Shown here: positions 13,778-25,665 of the stretch, piece after piece
Position numbering within the stretch: the stretch's first letter is position 1
How the letters are laid out: the number at the start of each line of letters is the position of its first letter
Assembly: GCF_006345805.1 (NCBI RefSeq)
Contig: NW_021829877.1
Span: 1 to 44,431 of the forward strand
Length of the DNA stretch: 44,431 bases
DNA from: Octopus sinensis
Taxonomy: Eukaryota
Direction of reading: 5' to 3'
Made by a program: the position numbers and the translations under genes
The notes under the pieces: model-generated
Databases searched by the model: none
Seen by the model: only the letters and a program-made list of their open reading frames with translations
What the model was told of the DNA's origin: nothing

Positions 13778-13982
13778 GGCGCGCTGGTGGAATCGTTAGC
13801 ACGCCAGGTAAAATGCATAGCGCTATTTCATCCGTCTTTACGTTCTGAGTTCAAGTTCGGCCGAGGTTGACTTTGCCTTTCTCCTTTACGGGGTTGATAA
13901 AATAAAGTACCCGTTGAATACTGGGGTCGTTGTAACCGACTAGCCCTTTCCCTCCGAATTGTGTCTATAGTGGAAAGGATTG
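13778..13982 (+). mobile_element. SINE-B, near full-length, diverged, tail-B type
   Basis: Head gcgctggtggaatcgttagcacgcc, B box gagttcaagttc, core gttgactttgcctttc..ggggttgataaaataaagtac. Confidence 0.8.
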
Positions 13983-14583
13983 TTGCTGTTTTTGCAGGTG
14001 TTATTCTCGGGGAAACAGAGCATCGACGCGAATAAAATGCCTGGTCTGTTCCAGGGGAGTTTTGAACCCTCATGACTATGAATAACTTACAGAAATCCTT
14101 TACTTGATAGTGCTGTCAAGGGGTGTTAAGGTGAACTCAGCGTATGAAGTGCCCTCTAGCAGGCTTGCAGAAATACGAGCAGAATGACAAAAACCGTACA
14201 TCAGATGATCGTTTATTGTCGGTGCATTATTATTCAATGTTGTTATGTCGAGAAGCTGATGAAATGTGTAACACAAATCTGGCTACAGATCGAATCTAAA
14301 GTGAACACTGCTCCATTGCTTGCTTTTAATCGGGAAAGTAAAGTAGCTTTCTTTTGTCTGGTGTCTATGATGAAAAAACTGTGTGCTATACAAAACTAAA
14401 GGAACTGAAGACAGACACTCTCCTCTCCTTAAAACCGACATCGATTTCTCCCACTTCCGTTTGGAAAGGAATTTTAGGGTGGAGAGGGATGTACACGCTT
14501 ATAGTTAATTCGTTAGTGGTGAGTTACAATACTGAACACGACACGATTAAATGGACCATTATCTTTATTATTATTATTATCAT

Positions 14584-14743
14584 TGCACGTCGGACAAAAT
14601 GCTTAGCGGCATTTCGTCCGTCTTTACGGTCTGAGTTCAAATTCCGGCGAGATCGACTTTGCCTTTCATCTTTCCTAACACTGAGTCGATGTGATCAACT
14701 TATCCCCTTCCCGGAGTTGCTGGCCTTGTGCCAAAATTTGAAA
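14584..14743 (+). mobile_element. SINE-B fragment
   Basis: gcttagcggcatttcgtccgtctttacggtctgagttcaaattccggcgagatcgactttgcctttcatc. Confidence 0.8.
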
Positions 14744-15269
14744 TTGTTATTATTAGTAGTAGTGTTAGTGTTAGCAAATCTGCTGGTTTTGTACCTGCAC
14801 ATATAACCTAACGTTCTGGCTGTACGCTGCCCCTGTGGTAAATAAAAAAAATCTTCCTCCTACTCCTCTTCATCACTGTCATTATCAACATCATCATCGA
14901 CATCATCAACATTATTATTTATTCATTCATTCATTTCTGAACTTATGCCTTTCATTCAGGCAAATTAAGCAACAGCAGTCAAATTTGAGAAGTATGTCAA
15001 ATGCAATTTGGTTATCAGATTTAAAATAGTACCCCCAAAAACAAACAAGCAAACAGACAAACATAAAAGGACACACAAAGAAAGAAAGAGAGGGTGAGAG
15101 TGAAAGAGAGATAAAGAAAGAGAGAAAGAGAAAAAAACGTATGAGAGAGGTGGGGACAAAAATGACAAGACTAAAAACAAACATAAGAATTGGAAAATGA
15201 TTTTACAAAACAGAGTAAAGCGATCATGCTCAATTCTCCTTATCTTATCATTATTATCTTTTAAGATGT

Positions 15270-15640
15270 AATTGAGATGGCAAAAATACAGAGTTATGGA
15301 AACGTAGAAGTCTGGTGGTAAGAAAATACACAAACAGGACGACATACCATTCTGTTGGTATAAATATACAAACAGAAAACATACCATTCTGCTGGTAAAA
15401 AAATAAACAAATAGAACAGCGTAACAATCTGATGGTATAATAGCACAAACGAAGCAACATACCACTTTGATGGTAAAAATATGCTTATATAGTAACATAC
15501 CATTCTGTTGGTCAAAATATGGGAAAATATTGATATATATACTATTTTGATGGTATCAAAACTGAAATGCATCAACGTGCCATATTGATGCTAAAAATCC
15601 AGAATTGTACTAATATACCATTGTTGGTAATAAATACACA
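15270..15640. repeat. Diverged 37-42 bp minisatellite with conserved hairpin TACCA-n6-TGGTA
   Basis: About 10 units of aacataccattctgWtggtaa separated by variable A-rich sequence. Further copies near 16590-16650 and 17410-17610. Confidence 0.75.
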
Positions 15641-15644
15641 AACA

Positions 15645-16075
15645 CAGTCTCCTCCTATTAAAGTATACGCTCTGTAATAGCTGATAATTCACTATTAATT
15701 GGGTTTTTTCTTTGTAAGATTTAACTTTATAGAAATAATGGAGGAAACCAGACTAAAGTTTAAACAAAAGAAATTTATCCGTAAGTGCTACGGGGATGTT
15801 TGAAAGTGCAGTTGAAATGCAAAGATAGTTTAGGAAGGAGTTTCAAGCAGATCCGCCTTTACGGTATACCATCACTCGAAGTAGAGATAAATTCGTAGCT
15901 TAGTCATGTAAGAGCCTACTTTGGTGAGATTTTGCCAAACACGTCGACAGGATGAAGAGGTTCAAAGGATGATACTTAAACGATAAATTTTACAGTGCAA
16001 GACCAGCAACAGCCGACGAATTGAGGGTAGCCATTGAATGAGAATGCGCACAAATACCAAACAAGATGTTTCTTG
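15645..16075 (+). mobile_element. Internally deleted Tc1/mariner-superfamily element
   Basis: ATG at 15738: MEETRLKFKQKKFIRKCY [frameshift] ESAVEMQR*FRKEFQADPPLRYTITRSRDKF (DUF4817-like HTH pattern), fused to a C-terminal KDKFYSARPATADELRVAIE*ECAQIP. Starts with cagtct. Confidence 0.6.
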
Positions 16076-16572
16076 ATGTTCAAATTCCGCCGAGGTTTAC
16101 TTTGCCTTTCATCCTTTTGGGGTCGATAAATTAAATACCAGTTACGCACTGGGGACGATGTAATCGACTTAATCCCTTTGGCTATTCCTGTTTATCCTCT
16201 CTATGTTTAGCCCCTTGTGGGCTATAAAGAAATAAGAAACGTTAGCACGCTGAGCGAAATGCTTAGCGGTATTTCGTCTGCCGTTACGTTCTAAGTTCAA
16301 ATTCCGCAGAGGTCGACTTTGCCTTTCATCCATTAAGTACCAGTTATGCACTGGAGTCGATATAATCGACTTAATCCGTTTGTCTGTCCTTGTTTGTCCT
16401 CTCTGTATTTAGCCCCTTGTAGGTATTTCGTCTGAGTTCAAATTCCGCCGAGGTCGATTTTGCCTCTCATCCTTTCGGGGTCGATAAATTAAGTACCAGT
16501 TGCGTACTGAGATTAATCTAATTGACTGGCTCCCTCCCTCAAAATTTCGGGCCTTGTGCCTAGAGTAGAAAA
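16076..16572 (+). mobile_element. SINE-B tandem trimer: two tail-A units then one tail-B unit
   Basis: Three copies of ttcaaattccgc.gaggt...tttgcct.tcatcc. First two end in gccccttgt(gggctataaagaaata); last ends in aaaatttcgggccttgtgcctagagtagaaaa. Confidence 0.9.
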
Positions 16573-16674
16573 AAATAGATACCCAAATGTAATAACATAC
16601 CATTCTGTGGATTAAAAGAATGCTTATATCATTCTGATGTTTTAGAAACTCACAAATATAGGAACATGGTGGAA

Positions 16675-17032
16675 GCACTCCGTCGGTTACGACGACGAGG
16701 GTTCCGGTTGATCCGATCAACGGAACAGCCTGCTCGTGAAATTAACGTGTAAGTGGCTGAGCACTCCACAGACACGTGCACCCTTAACGTAGATCTCGGG
16801 GATATTCAGCGTGACACAGAGAGTGACAAGGCCGGCCCCTTGAAATACAGGTACAACAGAAACAGGAAGTAAGAGTGAGAGAAAGTTGTGGCGAAAGAGT
16901 ACAGCAGGGATCACCACCATCCCCTGCCGGAGCCTCGTGGAGCTTTAGATGTTTTCGATCAATAAACACACACAACGCCCGGTCTGGGAATCGAAACCGC
17001 TGCCCTAACCACTGGGCCATTACGCCTCCACA
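16675..17032 (-). mobile_element. Chimeric SINE: E head and core with D tail
   Basis: 16850-17032 matches SINE-E (3598, 13570); 16675-16852 matches the SINE-D tail. Confidence 0.88.
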
Positions 17033-17085
17033 TAGGAACATAACAGTTTAATGATAAAAAAATACTATGTTCCATACTATCGTGT

Positions 17086-17401
17086 GGGTGCATGACTTAG
17101 CGATTAGGGTACCCGGCTCACGATCGCAAGGTCGTGAGTTCAATTGCCGGCTACTCGTTGTGTCCTTCAATAAGACACTTTATTTCACGTTGCTCCAGTT
17201 CACTCAGCTGTCAATGAGTAGTACCTGTATTCAAAAGGCTCAGTCTTGTCACACTATGTCTCACGTTGAATATCCTTGAGAACTACGTTAAGGGTACGCG
17301 TGTCTGTAAATTGCTCGGCCACTTGCACATAAATTTCACGAGCAGGCTGTTCCGTTGATCGAATCAACTGGAACCCTCGTCGTCGTAACCGACGGAGCGT
17401 C
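17086..17401 (+). mobile_element. SINE-D full-length
   Basis: tRNA-like head (tgacttagcgatt...gagttcaattgcc), CORE-like core and D tail, followed by poly-T. Confidence 0.88.
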
Positions 17402-17849
17402 ATTTTTTTTTTTTACATATTGTTCTGTTAGTAAAAAAAATTGCTAAGAAATTTAGTAGCATAGCATATAAAAAAATATAAAAACAAAACTTAGTAAAAA
17501 ATATATACAAAAATATAGCAACATACCATTCTGATGGTAATAATGCACAAAAATATAACATGTCATGATGATAGTAAATTACACTGATATACAGTAACAT
17601 ACCATTCTAATATTCAATGATGAGCCGACGTGGAAACTATTCAGCTATTTGCTGTTTTTTTTTTGTTTTGTTTTGTTACTTTGTTTTTTTCTTTTTTTTT
17701 TTTTTGTCAGAAATAATCAAATCTTGTTAAATGCACATCTTGCCATCCGGTGGCTTAGCGTGGGTGTAGCGTGGGCGTTGTTTGGGTTTTGGCTGCAGTG
17801 ACTAGATTCAGGTCATCTTTCCTTAAATATAATATGCCTTCAAAATGTG

Positions 17850-17994
17850 CTCAACTGGCAATCATTTTATCGACCCCGAAGGATAAAGGCAATGTCAACA
17901 TCGGCGGCATTTGAACTCAGAGCACAAAGGCGGACAAAATACCGTTATGCATTTCGCTCGGCGTGATAACGATTCTGCCAACACGGTGCCGCCG
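17850..17994 (-). mobile_element. SINE-B head and core
   Basis: atcgaccccgaagga...cggcggcatttgaactcag...gataacgattctgcca matches the reverse of SINE-B. Confidence 0.8.
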
Positions 17995-18319
17995 TCGGTG
18001 CACTCTATATTGCAAATAGTCAAGGCAAGGAGATTAATTTATGGGTAAATCCCCACTTCTACAAACCACTAATGACAGAAGCCTTGAAAGGAAGAGTAAA
18101 ACAAGATAAAGAAGGCTGTTTTTCTACCCCTGTTGAAGGTATAACATATTTTTAAAAATGCAAAAATTACAATAATGACAAAAGCTAAAACAATTTCAGG
18201 GATGTACTAGTCAAGCAAGCGATTCAATTTGAGACCGAGTGTTGAAACTAAAGCTATAATAGCGTAGAAGACTTACGTTAGTCAATCAGAAACACAAAAG
18301 CTGTTAGTTTTTTCTAGAC

Positions 18320-18760
18320 ACTAGCAGTATAGCCCGGCGTTGCTCAGGTTTGTTTTTTAGTTGCGCTTAAAACGGCAGACTTTGATATCGCGTTAACAAA
18401 GTTTTGACATAGTTTCAATCTTTTGTGAAAAGTAAAAATTTTGCCTTATTTAGCTGGTTATTCATTTTAAGTGAACATTATTCTGGTTGAAATACACCGA
18501 AAAATGGCGACACAGCAGTCAAAAATCGTAAAAAATAGGGATTTTCATAGACAAATAGCACATTTTTCATGTAAATAATTTTTGGTCTTAACATGGTCCG
18601 ATTTGAATTTTTCTTCTACGGGTTGAAGAACAAGCCTTCTTCTATCATATTCTCAATTTTGGTCAACTTGCGCCGAAGGGTCTCGGAGGAGATAGTGTTA
18701 GTTGAAGGCTACCGAACCTGCCACACACACACAGACAACTTCAGCTTTATATGTATAGAT
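18320..18760 (+). mobile_element. Non-autonomous Helitron/Helentron-like element
   Basis: Begins actagcagtatagcccggcgttgctc and ends cacacacagacaacttcagctttatatgtatagat before tt. This matches the ACTAG...(ACAG/AC)n...TATAGAT layout of Lep1/DINE-1-like elements. Confidence 0.65.
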
Positions 18761-19860
18761 TTATTATTAGGATCGAAGTTTTCTTCGTATCAACTGCGGT
18801 CTGGCGACTGATACGGTTCTACTATAACTCACACAATAATTACAATAAAAATTATTTTAGTAACAACACAAAAAGCTGCCCTCATCAAAAAGGCGAAATA
18901 TATGCAGTCAGCACAAATACCCGAATATTATCTATGCTTTTCCTTGTGTGTGTGCATGTGTGTGTGTGTGTGTGTGTGTAATATACCTACTTTCGAGGCC
19001 GGGCCTGTATGTACATTATGTATCCTATATAATTGTTTCTTTCTGGTTAGATACATATACATGCACACAGACACACACGCACACACATACAAACACACAC
19101 ACACATACACTTCCACACACACATACACACACATACGTATACACACGCACACTCACTCACACACATACACACACAAGCACACGTATATTCGTATTTAGCG
19201 CGTATATATGTTTATACACATTCACGCAACACAACAAACATATATACATATATGCGTATATACATGAATACAAACAGACGCATACACACACAGGCACACA
19301 CACACAAATGTATATATGCATATACGTATATACACGTATATATTACACACACAGACACACACACACACAGACACACACACACACATATATGTATATATGT
19401 ATGAATGTGGACGGCTAGGATTTTATTAAGTTTGAAAGCGTGAGGGTGTGACCGAATACAAATACACGAAGGCCCACAGTTGTGCGTGTGCACACAACGA
19501 TGAAGATATATGGGAATAGTAAGAGAGTGTGCAATAGTTGTTAATTTCGGATGCGATTTCAGCTTTGAGTATTTCAGAAATCGTAAGAGAAACGGAAGAT
19601 CATTGCGTCGAAAGAATTCCGTGATAAAAATCGGATAAAAAACGTTTTGGAAAAAAAACGCCAAACATTACTGCATTATTTATAATACTACTATATTACT
19701 GCATTTTCTTATAATGTGGCTACACGTGTTATAGCGAGTGTGTACGAGTAGGTGTGCATTTGCATGAAATTCAATATATTATATATATGCCTATTTATAT
19801 AAATACACATGGATAGAAATGTATATACATATATACCTATGTATATATATATAATAATAA

Positions 19861-20260
19861 TATTAGGGAATAAATCCAAACTTACAGGGAAAAATTAGAT
19901 TTAGGATTGAATCCAATTTTATAATATAAATATATTATATTATATTAAATTAGAGATAAAACTACTATTAGGCAAATCAAACAGTGAAACACATAAGCCA
20001 ATACATAAAATTAATTAAAAAATATAAAAGTTAAAAATAAAAAATTCTTTAAATAATTAAAACTTATAAATTTTATATATATATACAAATATATATATAT
20101 ATGTATGTATGCATATTTTTATATTTATATATTATTTTATTTCTTAATTAATTAATTAATTATTTATTTTTTGATATATATATCAAAAGTATTAAAAGTT
20201 TAATAAAAGATAAAGAGTAAAACACTACGATCGTTTCATGTCTGTACCAATTCGAATAAC
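19861..20260 (-). mobile_element. Penelope-like terminal-repeat remnant abutting (TA)n
   Basis: On + it starts tattaggg next to a TA-rich tract. On - it carries GAAA-cgatcg-TA with palindromic stem III at 20226-20237 but no CTGANGA. Confidence 0.35.
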
Positions 20261-20293
20261 AATAATGTATGTATGTATGTATGTATGTATGTA

Positions 20294-20337
<44 letters not shown>

Positions 20338-20547
20338 GTATGTATGCATATTTTTATATTTATATATTATTTTATTTCTTAATTAATTAATTAATTATTT
20401 ATTTTTTGATATATATATCAAAAGTATTAAAAGTTTAATAAAAGATAAAGAGTAAAACACTACGATCGTTTCATGTCTGTACCAATTCGAATAACAATAA
20501 TGTATGTATGTATGTATGTATGTATGTATGTATGCATATATATATAT

Positions 20548-20560
<13 letters not shown>
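20100..20560. repeat. Tandem duplication, period about 235 bp
   Basis: gcatattttt...caattcgaataacaataatgtatg occurs at 20111 and again at 20346, essentially identical. Confidence 0.95.
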
Positions 20561-20581
<21 letters not shown>

Positions 20582-20610
20582 ATATATATATGTATGTATA
20601 TCTATATATA

Positions 20611-21170
20611 TACGAGCAAAACGCCCCCCGTCCAATGGACGGTGCTGAGTTGTCAAACTTTTAAACCAAATTTTCTCAATACAACTTGTCCGACCGTCCC
20701 ATAGGTCTCTCATTTTAGAAACACTGATTTAACCTAAATTCGAGATACCAGCAAAAGAAGAAATAAAGATAGACTTTTTCTATTCCCCCCCCCCAAAAAA
20801 AAAACGATTTTATTCACACAAATATGCAACCGAAGTGTTTCAAGTACCAGTAGTGATAAGGCTGTTGACTGGGAGAACACAAACATGGTTTAAACAGTAA
20901 GCTTGGCAGGAAAGAAAGGTGTCTTTAAGCGGTACAAAAAACAACAAAAAATGGAAGGTGCAGTTATGTACAGGTTGACGGAAGAAAAGCAGGACAAAAA
21001 CTGCTTTATCGATCGCATTCTCACCTGGAATGGATTTTTGTAATTATTTCATGACTTATACACGCCCTGATACCGTCAGTATCTACATATCAAATTTGAG
21101 CGCAATCGGATGGAGGATGCTCGAGATCCTAGAAGACACACGCACAACCAGAACAGATTTTATATAATAT
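20611..21170 (+). mobile_element. Helitron/Helentron-like element, diverged
   Basis: 5' acgagcaaaacgcc-ccgtcc-aat-ggacgg hairpin; 3' atcaaatttgagcgcaatcgg...acacacgcac...ttttatataatat, the same layout as the 18320 and 35809 elements. Confidence 0.45.
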
Positions 21171-21180
21171 ATATATATAC

Positions 21181-21594
21181 GCGCAGGAGTGGCTGTGTGG
21201 TAAGTATCTTGCTTACCAACCACATGGTTCCGGGTTCAGTCCCACTGCGTGACACCTTGGGCAAGTGTCTTCTACTATAGCCTCGGGCCGACCAAAGCCT
21301 TGTGAGTGGATTTGGTTGACGGAAACTGAAAGAAGCCCGTCGTATATATGTATATATATATATGTGTGCGTGTATGTTTGTGTGTCTGTGTTTTCCCCCC
21401 TAGCATTGCTTGACAACCGATGCTGGTGTGTTTATGTCCCCGTCACTTCGCAGTTCGGCAAAAGAAACCGATAGAATAAGTACTGGGCTTACAAAGAATA
21501 AGTCCCAGGCTCGAGTTTCTCGACTAAAGGCGGTGCTCCAGCATGGCCGCAGTCAAAATGACTGAAACAAGTAAAAGAGTAAAGAGTAAAGAGT
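21181..21594 (+). mobile_element. SINE-A full-length
   Basis: A-box-like tggctgtgtgg, B-box-like gggttcagtccc, core ccttgggcaagtgtctt, about 30 bp internal TA/TG repeat, 3' module and (gagtaaa)3 tail. Confidence 0.92.
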
Positions 21595-21772
21595 ATACAG
21601 CCATATAAATATTCATATATGAATCTATATCTCTATTGGCACACAAATACAACAATAATACAAATATGCACTCGTCTGACTAGATATATGCGTTTATATG
21701 TATGCATGTGTATGTTTGTATGTATGTATTTATGCATTTATGTATGTATTATGTTTGTCTCTGTCTCTCTCA

Positions 21773-21836
<64 letters not shown>

Positions 21837-22053
21837 ATACAAGATTTATAACAAGGTGAAATATTTAAGATAAAGTCAAGTTTCACTTGTGCCTCTCAAA
21901 ATGTAACCTATGATATTACCTGGTTAGGTTGCGGAAACCACTATATAGGCCAAACACGAATATCGCTCAGACGAAGAACAACGCTTCACAAAGAACAAAT
22001 CCGCTTCACACAATATTTATATTTCCCCTACACACACATATATATATACATAC

Positions 22054-22114
<61 letters not shown>

Positions 22115-22258
22115 CATAAATGAGGGCAAAGGAAAAATTTTCTAATACCAAATATGCCGAAAAATTGGACATATTGTCCATTAACCATATAATTTTTCAC
22201 AATATGCACGCTACTCGAAAAAAGTTCGACAGAAATTTCTAAAAAATTCCATTATTAC

Positions 22259-22315
22259 CATATCGGACCGATTTCAGAGTTAGCTACTAAGAGCCCTCTC
22301 TTCGTCAGTGATACA
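22259..22315 (-). ncRNA. Degenerate type-I hammerhead ribozyme motif
   Basis: Minus strand reads gtatca-CTGACGA-agag...ctct-GAAA-tcg-GTC-cgatat. Stem II is 4 bp plus an inner ttag/ctaa hairpin; stem III atcggt is one change from palindromic accggt; stem I has a mismatch at its first pair. Confidence 0.6.
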
Positions 22316-22626
22316 TGTGGCAAAAGAAATAAATGAGATACTTACTCGCACCCATGGAAGAAGCAAATACTAAGTCATGGGCACAACTAAGTACCCCAAA
22401 TACATCCAAAATAGAAATACTCCAGCCCGTTCGAGGCATATGAGATTTGAACTGAGGCTCTCACAGAGTGAGTTAGTTAGTTCGGAAGTGAACGCTTAAA
22501 TTTATAACAAATGTGAGGATAAAATTTTTTCGAAAAAAAAAAAAATTTATTTTCTCGAAAAAAATTTTATCAATGGCCAGCATATTAAAAAATACCTTTA
22601 ACGGTTAAATTATATATATATATATA

Positions 22627-23050
22627 CATAATGAGGGTGATAAATTGAATATTAATTTAATTAACGTCAATTTAAAACCAGTAGCCTAGCATATAGAAAA
22701 ATCTGAAAATTCAGAAAAATTGTAATAGATGTGTATAGTAAGTGATGACCACTAAGTGGACATCCAATATACTAGAAGAAGATCACCTACAATCTAACCA
22801 CAAGGAAAAGAATGTTCTCTAGAGAAATTCAGCAAATACCAGAACATAAGAATTAATCGTAGACCGGTTTCGTCATTAACGATAATGACGAAACTGGTCT
22901 ACGATTAATTCTTTATTTTGTATATTTTCATCTGTCTTACCCGTTTATGTTCTGGTGTCTGCTGAATCTCTCTAGAGAACATTCTTTTCTTCGTGGTTAG
23001 ATCGTAGGTGATCTTCTTCTAGCATATTGGATGTCCACTTAGTGGTCATC
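22627..23050. repeat. Penelope-like remnant forming a fold-back inverted repeat (arms 22744-22878 and 22883-23050)
   Basis: Arms pair across a 4-nt loop. Right arm has a 32-nt insert. GAAACCGGTC and GAAACTGGTC lie next to the apex. Confidence 0.85.
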
Positions 23051-23106
23051 CCTTGTTATACGCATGTATAAAGATATATATATATGTAGTTGAATGTACG
23101 TACTAA

Positions 23107-23137
<31 letters not shown>

Positions 23138-23194
23138 TGTATGTATATATATATATATATATTGTATGTATATATATATATATATGTATATATA

Positions 23195-23395
23195 TATGTT
23201 TGTCCCCCACCACCGCTTTATGACTGGTGTTAGTGAGTTTATGTTCCTGCAGCCTAGCGGTTTGGCAAAGATACCGATTGAATAAGTAGCATGCTTAAAG
23301 AAAAACAACAAGTGTTGGGGTCGATTTATTTCAGTAACAATTCTTGAAGGCAGTGCCCGAACCTGTCCGCAATCTAATGACTAAATCAAGTAAAA
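23195..23395 (+). mobile_element. SINE-A 3' module, diverged, no head
   Basis: tttgtcccccac...ggtgttagtgagtttatgttcc...cggtttggcaaagataccgattgaataagta...ggggtcgattt...aatgactaaatcaagtaaaa. Confidence 0.7.
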
Positions 23396-23652
23396 AATGA
23401 AAAATAATCATATATATATATATATAATATATTACCTACGCACATTCTTATGTACATGCATACACGTATGGTCAAGCATGCGCGCGCTTGAACAAGTATG
23501 TAAAAATATGTGTATGTGTGCGTCTGAGTATCACATACGTATCGCCCTATATACCTTTTCTCTCTTTCTACCCTTTCTTAATTTACCTCTCCTTACGTGT
23601 GTGTGCGTATACATAAACACACACACATATGTATACACTCACATTCATACAT

Positions 23653-23720
<68 letters not shown>

Positions 23721-24100
23721 AAAATATATATATATATATATCTGTATTTGTAAAATCATTTTTATGTATGTATACGTAAATACATACATACTTACTTAAC
23801 CTGAAAAAGGCCCACCCCTATTAATATGTACATCTATGAGGCATACTTCTTGTTTTTATAGATGCATATAAACGAATGAATGTAAATATCTTACAACAGG
23901 TTTTAATCTGTAAAATATAATTCCTAGAAAGCATACATGAATTTTCATTTGTTTGAGCACGCGCCTGTGTATGTTTGCGTGTATATATGTATATATAAAT
24001 GCGTATGTTTGTGTGTGATTATAAACATGTCTACACGCATTTTCCAACGTATGTAGATGTATGAATACATATGTATAGTTATATGTTTGTATATTTGGGT

Positions 24101-24338
24101 ATATATATATGTATATATGAATAGATGTATGCCTGGGTGTGTATAGGAAACTGACATGCATCGATGCGTCGTTGAAAATAACATTCTTAATGCAATGCAT
24201 TTGAGGACTAGGTCAATTGTTGAAGACTAGCAGATGCTTGCGACAAGCGCTATATACGTGTTTATCTGTGTTTATGCGTGTGTGGATGTACATTATATAT
24301 ATATATATATGCATTATATATATATATATGTATTATAT

Positions 24339-24375
<37 letters not shown>

Positions 24376-24673
24376 TATACATACATACATACATATATAT
24401 ACATATATGTACATACGTGTGTGTGGGTGCGTGTCTGTATGTATATGTAGATTCTTTTACCATTCGTAACACTTACTTCCCTAATATCTGGGTGACAGCC
24501 TTTGTCTCACAACACATTTCTGTTCCTCTACAGATCTCTAGTAAGGTATTCACCATCGACTTACAATCTCTTTCAAAATTGGTCAGCTGAATTCCGTCCC
24601 AATTTCGACTGAAATAGAGGTTAATTTCCTCGTGAAAGCTTTCAATGACACATATCATGTAGATTTCTGATTG

Positions 24674-24738
<65 letters not shown>

Positions 24739-25237
24739 ATATTATTTTTATCGTATTTGTATTTGTGTAACATTGTCCGATTTTTCCCGTCCTTGTTTTT
24801 GTATACATTCGCTGCTTTCTTCCAAGGAATCTAATGCTCTTAGCTTAGTTTTTCAGCCGAAATTGCGAGGATAATCTGGTGCTTGACTGAGGAAAGAAAA
24901 TTTCGAATGACCTTGTTTTCTTTGTATCGTCTATCTGGATGTTTTATTGTCCCATTTTGTATTACCTAGCTGTCCGGATGTTTTACGTTCTTGTCCCATT
25001 TTGTATATATATATGTATATATGAATAGATGTATGCCTGGGTGTGTATAGGAAACTGACATGCATCGATGCGTCGTTGAAAATAACATTCTTAATGCAAT
25101 GCATTTGAGGACTAGGTCAATTGTTGAAGACTAGCAGATGCTTGCGACAAGCGCTATATACGTGTTTATCTGTGTTTATGCGTGTGTGGATGTACATTAT
25201 ATATATATATATATATGCATTATATATATATATGTAT

Positions 25238-25273
<36 letters not shown>

Positions 25274-25572
25274 ATATATATACATACATACATATATATA
25301 CATATATGTACATACGTGTGTGTGGGTGCGTGTCTGTATGTATATGTAGATTCTTTTACCATTCGTAACACTTACTTCCCTAATATCTGGGTGACAGCCT
25401 TTGTCTCACAACACATTTCTGTTCCTCTACAGATCTCTAGTAAGGTATTCACCATCGACTTACAATCTCTTTCAAAATTGGTCAGCTGAATTCCGTCCCA
25501 ATTTCGACTGAAATAGAGGTTAATTTCCTCGTGAAAGCTTTCAATGACACATATCATGTAGATTTCTGATTG

Positions 25573-25665
<93 letters not shown>

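Noticed and set aside
15270-15640. CRISPR array
   Set aside because: Eukaryotic context, degenerate repeats, mutually similar linkers and no cas genes.
24880-24915. CTGAGGA motif in the dispersed repeat (also about 36905)
   Set aside because: No GAAA and no stem I complement.
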